This document shows, one piece after another, positions 26,401-38,321 of a DNA stretch of 64,000 nt. A program made the position numbers and the translations under genes. The stretch comes from Tubiluchus corallicola (Eukaryota; Animalia; Priapulida): the NCBI GenBank assembly GCA_030141605.1, contig JAQGDQ010000053.1, positions 620,001 to 684,000 on the forward strand, given 5' to 3'. Positions within the stretch are counted from its first letter, which is position 1. Every line of letters starts with the position of its first letter. The notes under the pieces were generated by a model, which did no database searches, was not told the origin of the DNA, and saw nothing but the letters and a program-made list of their open reading frames with translations.

Positions 26401-29400
26401 GCTCAAATACAAGCAATACAGGAACAGTTGATGAAACAACCTGGGAATGCGCCAGTGCTGGATCCTAGCATTATGCAGCAAATTAAGGCTTTGACCGATC
26501 AATTGGTAAATCCTTTTGTGTAACTTTTAACTGAATTGAATGTTGCTTTTTGTTCCTACATACCCGAATACAGATGTAAGAGGTTATCATTTTTCAGTTT
26601 TCTGTGAAAAAAATTGACTTAGATTTGTAATGTAGTATATTAGCACTCTTGTTCAGTGTTTGGTATTTACTATGTGCAATTACGCGCTTTGTGATTGTAG
26701 ACTGTATGCTCAAAAAATTGGTTAAGTGGTTAATTTATGAGAGCAAGTTGAACTTATGTACTTATACTGCTAGTGATACTGAGTAATTTGACAATGTGAT
26801 AGCGTCATTTGTGATAACATGATAAAGTAATATGGTAGAGTGTGCATAATATCCTAGGAATAAAAGCATTTGAAGCTTTTTGCTACATTTATTAATCATT
26901 GCGATTATTTAATAAAATTTTAATTATCAGTAAGCCTGCATTTACTTGCTCATAAAAGTACTTTGTATGGCTAATAGTGTTTCCATTGGGTACCCGAGTA
27001 ATTACCCTCATTGTTTATTACCTGAGCCTGACAATTCTATCCAGTCATAATAGTTAAAAGATATCCGTTTTATCAGGATAGCAGTCAACGTTTATGACAA
27101 ATATTCTGCATTCCTGCCTCATTCTAGCCGCCAGCTCTACTAGCTGGCAGGTGCACAGAATAGCTTCAACAAAGAGAAGCAATTTGTAGAAGTATTTTGA
27201 ACTTGTTGTTAAAGATACTTAAACACATTAATGTTGGTCATTAATAAATTATTATTTATTATTGTTTGAACTACTGTATTAAAGCATTTGCAAGATAACA
27301 ACGATTATCTGCGACTTGGAAGTGCATGGCAGATCAAACCACTTTTGTCCGCAAGGGCGTACCACAAAAAACAAACTGTGATTTCCTTACCAAGAGGTTA
27401 ACTATCAAAATGAAATGATTTATTAACATTTAGAAACCATATCAAGCCACTTATAAAGATTTGAAGAAGCTAAATGTTATCAACACACAGAAAGGATAAT
27501 ATAGATTATTATATTCCCGTAGTCCTTGAGATATATTAATAGTCCTCAGCCCGGTATTTAGACTGATGCAGTGCAGATTAAGTAATTAAGAAGTCTGGCA
27601 GATAAGGGCGAAATCTCAGTCAAATGCCGTTTGTGGCAGTATGCTAACATTCCTGACTCTTAGCTCCTGCGTTCAGGCCCTCGGCATGTAATAACTGAAT
27701 ACTTATTGTTAAAATAACAATGGAGGTAGTTGAAAAATCACCGTTATTTTTGTTTGCAAATAATCTTAACAGCCGGGTATCTAGGTTCTGGAAGGGTATA
27801 GGGACTAGTGTTTAGTACCAGAATCTGATTTTGCAAACTGTAGTTACTCCGTCACTTGCTTTTCATTAGTTCTTTGATAGTTACAGAACCAACCAAACAG
27901 AATTATTACTGAAGTGGTTATGACCGTGATTTTTGTGATTTTACCGTTTGAAAATAGCATTGCTTATATAAACTCCATTTTTATAGCATGCGTCACAGTT
28001 ACGATAAGCCTACATATTTTTTATTTTCCTTTGATTTTTGATCCTTGTCTATATTTTTTGATAGAAACTTTAGTTTTCATATTTGTAGGTTAAGCAAAAC
28101 ACTGAAGTGAAATTCAATAAGAAAGTGTTAGACTATGATTATTCAGATGACGACAGTCAAACTGAAACATCTCCTAGAAGCGAAGTTCACAGGTAAGAAT
28201 TGTAAGAAACTATAGTTTCTGTTATTTGAAGTTACTTAAGAGAGTGGAAATATGTGCTACACTTTTACCAAATCCGTCATCACAGACTTGTTTCAATAGT
28301 CGGTTTTCACACACAAAAGTTTTACACTGAATTTTTCTCTTATGTACCTTTTACAGCAGTCAACATGCTCACCACAATTCAGGGGTGTATGCACATCTGC
28401 CGGAGCATCATGGTCAGCCCCACATTGAGCAGGTACATCATCACCAATCTCACAAGGGTGTTAGCCAGGTAAAGGGGGTGATGTCGCCTTCTTACTTCAC
28501 TGCTGTTTCCTCAGGCAGTTTAGTACAGCACTTTCATTTCTTTATTGTTTTGCATGTGCTCATTCTGATTTTACTTTTTTGACTTTTTTATTCTTCATGG
28601 AGATAGATTCTGGAGATAAGAGTTCCCTTTTTTACTGTATAATAAAAATTTACACAGTATAATCTATTTACAACGAAGTTTGTTATAACGAGCCACTGGT
28701 TATTAGGAGTGATTTTGAAAGTCACGTCAGGTCTTAGGCTTACGAAACGTATTTATACTTTGCTTACAGCTAGCTCCAATATTAGTAGTTTTTGTTTATT
28801 ATGAAGGAATTTTACTATACTACCCCGAGATCGGACTACCTCATGCATATAACAAGCGCGAGTTCTAAAACAATGTTTTGCAGCATTGCAGGATGGGGTA
28901 TATCAGCATTCACCATGGCCATTGGACAGAAAGGTCACCTTGTACCATAGAAGTTAAGGGGTTTTGTGTCAGGTCTCTTGTGTTAGGAAAGTTATACTGT
29001 GCTCATAGTTTTTTTTTTTGGTTTTCGGCATAACTTACCGAGAAAATATAAGGTTTGGCAGCCAATTATGTCGCAGAGTAAGCAGTATATACGCATCAGT
29101 AAAAACAGAGAAGAATAAAATCAAGTCTCGCTGATTACCAGTACAGTCCTGTACATGATTCTGTGTATACCCAGCAGCATATGCAAAAACTGTTAGATTT
29201 ACTGAAGAGAGTCTTTCAGTAATGTGCTTTTTTTAGTTGCGCCTGTTTTTTGCCATTTAATAGAAAAATGTTGTACTTAAAGAAGAAATAGTGGAAAAGA
29301 GAGCAGACGGAGAGAGAGAGGAGAGAGAGGGTCATATCAGTCACCTTCATAGTCCTCACCTAAAAGAGACACTAATCACCATCGTTATCTTTTCATTTTT

Positions 29401-32400
29401 TAAAAAGTTGAAAATGGAACTGTTAAATTTAATTCTTTATTCATTTGAGTTTAGATAGTAGTAGCCCTAACATTTATTGACTCGCACACTTTTATTTCTG
29501 ATTGTTTATAGTTTTTAACTATATCATGTTGTAAATGTTTGTTTTCTGGTGAACAGTCGGACAAAATAAAATGATATTAACAATAATCACTATCACTAAT
29601 CATCGTCATCATCATCGTCATCATTATTACTACCATGCATTGTCTCACTGCATAATCATCACTGCACGAAAAATTGGGCACAGTAATCCTATAAATGAAG
29701 TGGGTGATAATTTATTACTGATTAATTGTTTAGTAAATTATTAACTTGAGTATCTACAGCTACTGTATTTACAGTATTTCCAAACTATCGATCAACCATT
29801 TTATGATTTTTGAAATTTGATGCTATTAGTAACAGTAGTATTTATCGAGTTAGGATAACTCTGTGTCGTAAAGTTTGGCATGCGGCTACGACAAAATTTT
29901 ATTTTATGAATCCCGTTTTAAATCTCTAAGTGCGCGCAAAGTTACGCTCAACCAAATGCAAATTAAAATGTTTACTAGAATTCTGCCTAACTTTCCTAGT
30001 CGCGACTAGGGTGCATCTAAGAAGATATGATGTCTACATGAATTGGTTACAAATATTTCTGCGTGCCTAAATCCCACTTAAGACAATGAAACTGCTGTAG
30101 GTGCAGTACATGAATCCGGCCCCAGGTTTGCAATATAAATGATTGTGTGACCTTTTGAAGCTTAGTTTTTTAATAAATATACTGTTTTGAATAAATACCT
30201 TGATTTTACATTATGTAACGCATAGGCTAGCAGACCATGGACTTAGTTGTGGCTTATAGAGTAATACTTCATAACCATAAAAATTTTACTGCACCTATAC
30301 ACCCTATGCAGAGCTAACAGTTACTGCATGCAGGCATTTAAATGGTTATAAATAACACCCATGCAAAACATACTCAGAAGCTTGTCAACAGGTGTCATTG
30401 CGAATGATTCACTGCAGCGATTCAGAAAAGCAACTTGCAGGTGGTCTTATACAGAAATTTAATGCATGGACAATACTGCCTTAATCCTAGAAATAACAGA
30501 GTTTAAACACTGTGGTTTACTCTTTTGTAATAAATTCAGTATAAAGAACTTGTGCCACTTTCAAAAGAAAATACTCTTCATTATTACAACATATCTGTCA
30601 AATAGGCTTCACTTCTCTCTTGCACATGCACCTAAACAGTTGACCCCAGATATAAGGAGATTCGGTTATAACTAGCAAATTTTGATGGTCCTCAGAAACT
30701 CATTGTAACAGATTATACTATATACATTTTCGCTGGTTAATGGATTGATTAACATTCTACTTTTCGTTTTGGAATTGTCTGCTAATTATTTTTTAATATT
30801 TTACATATATCTTGCTGTTTTATTGGTAGTATAGCATTACTATGCTTTTTTCTGTTCTCACAACTCAGCAGTCATCTTAATGCGATTGCATTGTTATTGT
30901 TTTTTTTGTTTTTTTTTTGAATCACCTCTCGGTTATATGCATAATAGGCGATTAGAATGATGTGTTCCGTTGATGTTAGAAAGACCAATTGTTAACTTTT
31001 TCTAATATTTCTGATAATGTACTAATTTACTGTTTAGTTTGAACAAGTTTTTTTATTTAACAGTAAAAACGGCAGCAGTAGTAACAGTAATTGTTGAAGC
31101 ACAACTTGTCTTATATGTATGGACTGTTAATTGCATGTAATTTATAGGGTGTACCTGCTCCAGTACCTGCTCCTGAGGAGTTGCTTGTAATGCATGCTGC
31201 AGGAGATATTGACGAGCGGCCTAGAGGTGACATTGATGAAAGACACGAGTATGCTGATACTGATGAAAGAGAGGAGCATCGTAGTAAGAAGAAACATCGC
31301 CGAAGTTACACGAGGTACATCTATAACCCAAAAGTTCTTGGCAATTATTGATTTTCACATCTAATTTAGGATTTTTGCGGTTTTTTAGGCTACCTACATT
31401 CCAGTTTTTTGCACGCTTTTCTTAACTGCACGTTTACCAGTTGTCTTATTTGATTTTTGTTTTGAAGGTCAAGATCTAGGACTCCAAAGAAGAAACGCAG
31501 GACTCGCAGTCGTTCTCGCTCTCATAGCCGGTCGCGTCGTCGTCGATCTAGATCACGAGAAAGACGGCGTAGGTCACGTAGCCGGGAAAGAAGAGAACGA
31601 TCAGAAGAGAGACGCAGAGAAAGGGAGGCAAGGGAACGTGACAGAGAAAGAAAGAAAAAAGGCTTGCCTCCTCTTAAGGACAAACTTGCATGTGGTATAT
31701 TTTCTCATTATCTGTACACCTTATTTACAAACAATAATTTGATACACAATCAGTCATACAAGAAATTGCATGACTCTATTTTTAGCAGCAGTTATGTACA
31801 TTCCTTGTAAATTCCTGCTTATCATAAATTTTCTTTAAAATATAGACACTAGGTTGCTTTAATAGATTTTAAAATGCGTACTAATGCTTTCTTTCTTAAA
31901 TATTATTTTCAGCGCTCTATAATACTTTTGTGTACCTTTGTTAGTAATACTTCATTACAGTGCATTCAGTACAATGTAGAAAATTTTTAATAGAACTTTG
32001 CACATTGTACTGCTGTATTCCTTCTACATTGTTGGTGTCAGTCTTGTTGGCTAGACCTTTACATATTCTAAGTATTGGTACAGGCTTCAATGATAGCCTG
32101 CCAGCAGTTTGGCAAAGATTGACTATACTGAAAAAAATTGTCATAGCTAGGTCATTTGCAAGACAATAATTAACTAATTACTGTATAATTTGTATTCGGT
32201 GTTAAATTACAATTTTGTTGTTACAGTATGCACCCGGACTATTTGGATTGGCCATGTTAAGCCTGCAGTGACAGAAGGAGATTTGCGGAGAGAATTTGAA
32301 GAATATGGTGAGGTGGAGTCTATAGATATGTACCCCTCAAGAGGCTGTGCATATTTGGTCATGGCACGTAGACATGATGCGGACAAAGCACTGGCTAACT

Positions 32401-35400
32401 TGAAAAACACAAGAATGTATAATGCAACTTTAAAGGTGATTTTCTTGCTAATTTTGCACCAGAGTTTTTTTCCCACTTATATTGGTCTAAAACCACTATG
32501 TGGCTTGGTTGGAAGCAGAGTTAAGTATATCTCTTGCATAGTGAAAATGCTTGTTTGACTGAATTTGAAAAAGAGGTAATTCTGTGCACCCTGTGTATTT
32601 TTGTGCTTTATCTGTGCATTATACTGTTTTTAGGTTACATATCTCTTTTACACTACACTGTGCATGCGCTGCATTGGCTTTACCACTGAAAGACTTTTAG
32701 TAGCATTGCATTTCTAAGTGGAAGTATTAGTGGCAGAACAGGTTCATCCATGGTTGGCAATTAAGTTTAGTTTATTTGCTAAAAGACGAGGCACATCAAA
32801 CAGGCTATTTCTGAGAAATGATTAGGCTTAGAATGGCAATTGCTAAAGGTGAGAATGAGAAAGCTTGCTCTTTATTAAGTGGTTGAAACGTCCAAAGCAT
32901 TCTGGCATATCAACTTTTGTGTGAATGATCGCTATGCACTAGCAATATAGGCCGTCCATGCATGGTGGTTGTTGTGTTACAGGTTGAAGGGAATAGCCAT
33001 GTCATCATGGCATGTACTTAGTGACCAAGTTTTGCAGTGGTGAGCCTGGTCAATAAATTGACAGGTGTCAGCCAGAAAGGCTGCTTTTTGACAGTTTCAG
33101 CTGCTGTACTAACCTTCAGAGAGAATATATACGCATTTAAACATGGCTGAAATGCCTTTTCCGATTCACTTTCGTATGTTTTGTAGCCGCGTTGAATGGA
33201 CTCACTTAGTCTGTATTAAGCAGGTCCTGCCACTGAATGCTTGATCTGGCTTGCTGAATGTGGAATTGTAAGAAAAAAATAATTAAGAATTATGTGTAAA
33301 TAAATATGCTAAAAGCTAGCATGTGATGTGTAAAACCGTAACAGATAAGCAACACATAATACATGTGGTTTAGAAGCGACTGGGTTTACACTGTCTAGTC
33401 ATTTTCCTAAGGCATATGCACTTGTGAAACAGTAATACCACATAATGTTTAGCTTGAATGATTTAAACCTGCTGCTTGTGCCAATAATCAAGTTATTAGT
33501 TACCAATTGTTTAGCTCTTAGCTACAGAATATCTTAATCTGAAAATTTCTCTTTTGGAAAATACAACTCGTAAAGTACAGTGCTATCTATGCTATTTTAC
33601 ATTGCACATACTTGTAAATTTGCTTGTTGCAGATGGACTGGGCACCTGGTAAGGGTGTCAATGGTGCAGAGTTTAAAACGTATTGGGACGCAGACAATGG
33701 TGCAACATACATACCATATGATAAGCTTCCCGAATCTCTTGTATCTTTGGAAGACGGCGGAATGCTTGATCCTGACTCGTTATCTCAAGAATTGCAAGGT
33801 AAGATAACTTTTTATATTTCTTATAGATTGTAATTAAAATGTAACAACATTCATTCCAGTCTTAACTCACTTATTTTTTTTCAATTTAGATGCACTCGAA
33901 AAACAACAGAAAAAAGATGAGACTGCAGGAACTAACATGAATGTGATGGGTATGCCACAGATGATGATGCCCATGGGAATGCCTGGATGTGTGTACATGC
34001 TATCCTATATAATAATTTAGTAAACTCATGCATTTGCATTTTATTTTTTCAACACAGTAAGAAGTAATTGCATGTGAAATTAATTTTTTAAGATGCACAC
34101 TTCAAGACAGTACATTTTGTTTACATTACAGTGATGCCAATGGCTTATCCGATGGGAATGATGATGATGCCGCCACCACCAGTCGGTGGGATACCATTAC
34201 CCGGTCTGCCGCCAGTTCCTCCTCATTTGCCAGGTATGCTTCTTTAGCAAAAAATTCTAGATACTCATTTCTACATTTGCGTTATACACATAATAATTTT
34301 GCGAACAATTTACGTACTGATTAATGTTGTACTTTTACAGGACAAGCAATGCCACCGGCAACAGCATCAATGGCCATTTCTGCTCCTGTGCCACCTATAT
34401 CAGCAAGCACGTCAACATTACCTGGTGTCCCTGTTGCAACAACATTACCTGGTGTACCTGTTACTACGATGTCTTTGGCAAATGCAGCTCAACCTGCTGT
34501 TACTCCATCATCTGGTGCGACTGCAGTACAGCTACAACAAGCAATACAAAATATCATGGCTAATCCACCTGACTTTGCTGCACTGAAGACGTCGTTACCC
34601 AGCGGCATCGGTTTTCCGACTGCATTTCCACCCCCTAGTGTGTCTCAAGGCGTTCCGCCTCCTAGGCCACCTGGATTGCCCATCCGACAGACATTTTCTG
34701 GCATTACTATTTTACCTACTAGCAGTACAGCTGACATTAAACCGGTTCAGCCGCCTCTTCCTAATGACCCTAATCAACCACGTATATCTACATTTTCACA
34801 GGCTGGTGTACCACTTATGCCATCTCAGTCAATATCTGTTGTGACTAACCGAACACAACCTAATGAACCCGGCACCTGGCAAATTCCTGATAGTAGAGCT
34901 CCACCTACAGATTCAACTAAGTTAACTAAATCACCCGAAGAAGTAAAAACCACTAGTGGTGTTGCATCTCAGATGAGATTAAGAGCTACAATTCCTCCTC
35001 AACTGCTTGGTGCATTGAGTGAAACTCCACCTCAGGCTGCAAAACCTCAGGGTTCCAGTTCTCGCTTTGGTCCCACTGTTAATCAAGATAATTCGGTTAC
35101 ACAGTTCCTAGATGCATGGGCACAGAAAACTGGTCAACCAACTGACAAGGGTTTCAATAATAAAAACTTACTAGATAGCAAGGAAACCAAAAGTGCACAA
35201 AGTCGACCTGGAAGGCAGTCACTTGGGGATCGATTAAAAAGCATGATGGAAGATTCTAGCAATAGTCCAAAAGCTGAGGATAATGCTCCTGCGCTTGACA
35301 ATAAACCGCTGGCATTACCCGCCCATACTCTTATAAGCAGTCCTCTTCGTCCTTTAGGAGCAGCTTCGCTGGCCCCTGGAGGTTTGGCACAACAATTTGG

Positions 35401-37702
35401 TCAAGCTCAGCCACTACAAGCAGGCCAACAGTTAACACCTGCTCGAGGACTTCGACCGGCACTTATTCACCCTGGTCTGGGTAATCCACCAAGAGCAGTA
35501 ATTGCCCATGGTGGTATGCCTGGAATAGGTCAGCAAGGTCAAGCTATCCACCTCTCTATGGGACCACGTTTTCATGTACAAGGACCGGGAGGTATTAGAA
35601 TGATGGCACCAGGAATGGGATTGCGCTTTACTGGAGGACCTGCATTAATGAGAGTTCGAGGAGTTGGACCTGAACGCTTCAGGCATCCAAGTGCTCGATT
35701 TCCGGGCATGCCTGACAGGCCTCCATTGCCTGGATTAATTGATAGGTTTTCACATCCAGAGGATGGCAGAGAAAGACTACACTTTGATCCTGGTTTTCGT
35801 CATAACCATGATTTTAGACCTCCTTTTGACAATAGAGATAATTTTGGTCCACGCCAACCTGACTTTGGGAGACCACGGGGACCAATTCCGAATTTCAGAC
35901 CAGAATTTGGAAATCGTTGGGGCCCATGGCGTAGTGATAGACAAGAGCAACCAAGTTCACCTGAGCGACCCTTCAAACCAGAATTAGATTCTAGGCCTCT
36001 CTTTAGTCGAATGGCTGATCAAGATTGGGACGAACTTCGCGAAGAACCTCCAGAGAAACCTCTTAAACCTGGGCTTGATGACAGACCTCTTTTTGGTCGA
36101 ATGGCTGATGTCGAATGGGGTGATAGGCCATCACACGAAGGCAATTTGCAGCAATCTGACAGAAAATCTTTTGGAGGTGAAGGCAGAAATGCTGAACCTT
36201 CAGCTTCTTTCGATGCACCTTTTGATTCTGAAGGTATGAGTAGCGGGCTTCCACTTGCTTTTGGTAACCCTCGCAGAGAAGAAAGGGAAATGGAGCGGGA
36301 GCAAATGCGAGATCGAAGTGGTAATTCACGTTATGACAGTAGAGATAGAGAAGATAGGCGTAGTCGCTTTGACGATGACAGACGATCAGGATTCCGTCAA
36401 AGAGGCGATGACTATCGACATGATGATAGGCTTAATGACAGAAGAGAGGGTCGTTGGAGTAGAGATAGGAGAGAAGATCGAGATCGTGACCGTGATTTAA
36501 GAGACAGACAAGTGCGTGGTGACCGCGAACGAGATCGGGATCGAGATCGTGACCGATCCAGAGACTCTGAGCGTTCCAGAGATAGAGACCATGACCGTCG
36601 TAGAGATCGACCAAGAAGTCCTCGGCGTGATCGACGATCACGTGACAGAGAGCAACCTTCCAAAGATCAATTTGGAAGGGACACTTCCTGCAGAAAAGAT
36701 GAAAGCAGTACTGTTTTAGTTGAGGCGGCCGCAGATACTGTTTTAGCTGAGCACGTGAATGCAGAAGAGCCTAATGAAAAAACTAATGAAAATCAGCCAG
36801 GTGAAATCAGCAGACATGGATCTGATTCGCAGAATGTTACAGAAAGTCAAAATCAGCAAGAAGAGAAAACAGAAGTTCAACCTTGGAAACCAATTACTGA
36901 GACGTTAGCTCCTAGTTCAGAGGAACAACCTTCTGTTCAACTAAAGCAACCAATTGTCTTAAAGGTTGACAACCCGCCAGTTCAAGATTTACCTGGTAAG
37001 AAAGTAAGTATGGTATTGCATAAACCGAGTATCTTTATGGAAAATCCTCTGCAACCAGAAGTAGATGAAAAAGTGACTTTGTCGTTTGTTCCAAAATGTA
37101 ATCTAGAAGATGTGGAGCTACATCCAGCTGTTGATAAACATCTATTAGATTCAGCTGTACCTACCTCATGTGAACAATTAGATAATATGGTTTTCATACC
37201 TGATAAACAAGATGTTGAAAATTCATCTGATTTTGGAGTAAATGAAAATAGTTTACTGCAGACAACAAATAATTCTTCCTTGCATACATTGGAAGCTAAT
37301 GTGTCGTCTACTAATCCTACAGAAGTACCATCTACTTGTTTCGATACAGTATTTGCGGCAGATACATCACAAGTTGTTTTTCCAACCGATGCATCTGTGC
37401 CCACTGACATATTGACTTGCAATGTAGCAGATTCAGTTGAAAGGTCAGAAATCACACCTGCTGTACCTAAACACAGTTTGTGGCCTAGTAAGCCAGTTAT
37501 CGACATGTTTGCAGATGAAAGTGCTGATTTAGAGGAACCACTGAGGTCACGTGCTGGTGTTAAAAGTGATGTAAATTTTGACACGTCACGAAATGGTGTA
37601 GCTGGTTTTAGTGAAACAGATAAATTAAATGACGAGAATAAAGTACGCAGTGATTTGTTTTTAGAGCAAAATGTGTCTGAGACTGCAGAGTCCGCCAGTT
37701 AG
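20379..37702 (+). CDS. SCAF8: SR-related CTD-associated factor 4/8 (SCAF4/SCAF8 family), whole gene, 15 coding exons, about 1744 aa
   Basis: join(20379..20408,22814..22942,23925..24086,25478..25577,25935..26050,26356..26505,28089..28192,28357..28468,31148..31314,31468..31694,32227..32435,33633..33798,33890..33988,34132..34233,34341..37702). All introns GT-AG with consistent phases, total 5235 nt. Domain order CID, FNKKVLDYDY, RS, RRM, Pro-rich, RD-rich. Probably co-orthologous to SCAF4 and SCAF8. Confidence 0.93.
22814..22942 (+). CDS. SCAF8: SCAF4/8 exon 2 (CID)
   Basis: LSSICEVKPPISKAKMMVVTKAAIRAIKMYKHVVQSVEKFIMK; tttag acceptor, AAG|GTTGGG donor. Confidence 0.95.
23095..23672. mobile_element. 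hAT-type MITE in SCAF intron 2
   Basis: Perfect 13-bp TIRs CAGGGATGAGAAT / ATTCTCATCCCTG flanked by an 8-bp TSD gttaataa / gttaatag (7 of 8 match); 578 bp, non-coding. Confidence 0.85.
23925..24086 (+). CDS. SCAF8: SCAF4/8 exon 3 (CID, DSI motif)
   Basis: CRPEYKLPGVYVVDSIVRQSRHQFGIEKDVFAPRFMKNMHHVFKFLFQCPEEDR. Confidence 0.95.
24335..25275. mobile_element. Decayed MITE-like element with inverted ends and an internal duplication
   Basis: ggttaaccgtttaaccatt (24342) is inverted to aatggttaaacggtta (about 25126); about 75-bp direct duplication 25047-25122 / 25200-25273. Confidence 0.5.
25478..25577 (+). CDS. SCAF8: SCAF4/8 exon 4 (CID end)
   Basis: SKVVRVLNLWQKNNVFPPEAIQPLLDMADPSNE. Confidence 0.95.
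25731..25865. repeat. 47-bp minisatellite, about 2.9 copies
   Basis: Unit acagcaatttgcatgctgtttatagttagaaaatgttatgaattaag at 25731, 25778, 25825. Confidence 0.92.
25935..26050 (+). CDS. SCAF8: SCAF4/8 exon 5
   Basis: Phase 1 to 0, PAEIAIDTILQESPKKPPNRVPVVDPEPGWMRSPEIAAK; tandem CAGCAGCAG acceptor makes the start uncertain by 3-6 nt. Confidence 0.75.
26356..26505 (+). CDS. SCAF8: SCAF4/8 exon 6
   Basis: PSEASMEPVVQPDPQAQIQAIQEQLMKQPGNAPVLDPSIMQQIKALTDQL, phase 0 to 0. Confidence 0.85.
28089..28192 (+). CDS. SCAF8: SCAF4/8 exon 7
   Basis: VKQNTEVKFNKKVLDYDYSDDD (family F.KK.LD.DY motif); CAG|GTAAGA donor. Confidence 0.9.
28357..28468 (+). CDS. SCAF8: SCAF4/8 exon 8 (His-rich)
   Basis: SSQHAHHNSGVYAHLPEHHGQPHIEQVHHHQSHKGVSQ; phase 2 to 0; alternative in-frame donor after 28432. 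Confidence 0.75.
28655..30720. mobile_element. Tigger/pogo-like non-autonomous DNA transposon, long copy in SCAF intron 8
   Basis: Ends CAGTATAATCTATTTACAACGA / TCATTGTAACAGATTATACTA+TA; first 220 bp and last 70 bp align by eye with the copy at 54451-55240. Confidence 0.7.
31148..31314 (+). CDS. SCAF8: SCAF4/8 exon 9
   Basis: GVPAPVPAPEELLVMHAAGDIDERPRGDIDERHEYADTDEREEHRSKKKHRRSYT. Confidence 0.88.
31468..31694 (+). CDS. SCAF8: SCAF4/8 exon 10 (RS domain)
   Basis: RSRSRTPKKKRRTRSRSRSHSRSRRRRSRSRE...ERDRERKKKGLPPLKDKLAC; family KGLPP motif before the RRM. Confidence 0.93.
32227..32435 (+). CDS. SCAF8: SCAF4/8 exon 11 (RRM)
   Basis: VCTRTIWIGHV (RNP2) ... FEEYGEVESIDMYPSRGCAYLVM (RNP1). Confidence 0.95.
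33633..33798 (+). CDS. SCAF8: SCAF4/8 exon 12 (RRM end and conserved extension)
   Basis: MDWAPGKGVNGAEFKTYWDADNGATYIPYDKLPESLVSLEDGGMLDPDSL. Confidence 0.95.
33890..33988 (+). CDS. SCAF8: SCAF4/8 exon 13
   Basis: DALEKQQKKDETAGTNMNVMGMPQMMMPMGMPG; donor GAT|GTGTGT chosen by phase. Confidence 0.8.
34132..34233 (+). CDS. SCAF8: SCAF4/8 exon 14
   Basis: LMPMAYPMGMMMMPPPPVGGIPLPGLPPVPPHLP; CAG|GTATGC donor. Confidence 0.85.
34341..37702 (+). CDS. SCAF8: SCAF4/8 exon 15 (3.36-kb terminal exon: Pro-rich, G/R/P/F-rich, RD/RE-rich, acidic tail)
   Basis: acttttacag acceptor, phase 1, joins the 1117-aa ORF of the track; stop TAG 37700-37702. Confidence 0.9.
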
Positions 37703-37935
37703 AGTTGAAATGCACATTTCATTGCATTGTGTGCTGTTTTATATGTTCCTGCTGTGAATTTTATGTCACGAAACAGCAGAAGCTTGATGGTGCCTTCTGG
37801 TATCTCCAGCATCATTTTGTTTGACAATGATTTGTTCAACATGGAGATTGTACTTGAAATTTTAAGCAGGTACATCTGCGAGCTGCAGTTTTACAGCTGA
37901 AAAAATGCAAGGATACTTTTACTCTTGTAAAAATC

Positions 37936-38321
37936 AATAAATTTTATTAAATTTATGTTATCTGCTACAGCTTGATGTGTGGCTGCATACTGTGACAAAT
38001 TTCTAAATTTTTGAGCAAAAGCTATGTAATTGTTTTAATTGAAACAGCAGGTAGTTGAATACTTGGTATATCGAATTTTCAGTATGCGGAATTATTGCAT
38101 AAGTGCAAGTTAATTGACTGCTTGAAAACATTTTATTTTAACAATTGGCTATAGTGGCCTGTGTTTGCTATGTATTGTGGAGAGTTTTTACGTTGTACAT
38201 GTTGTACAACAACTAGTGATCTGTGCTTGTCTGTTATTATTACCCTCAAGTGGGGCAAATGTGTATATTGTATAATATGCCTGGTAAAATATTGTGAATA
38301 CTTTTAATGGTTTGTAATAAA
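37936..38321 (+). promoter_or_regulatory. Candidate SCAF polyadenylation signals
   Basis: AATAAA at 37936 and 38316. Confidence 0.45.

Noticed and set aside
36982-37584. 200-aa antisense ORF
   Set aside because: Antisense shadow of SCAF exon 15.
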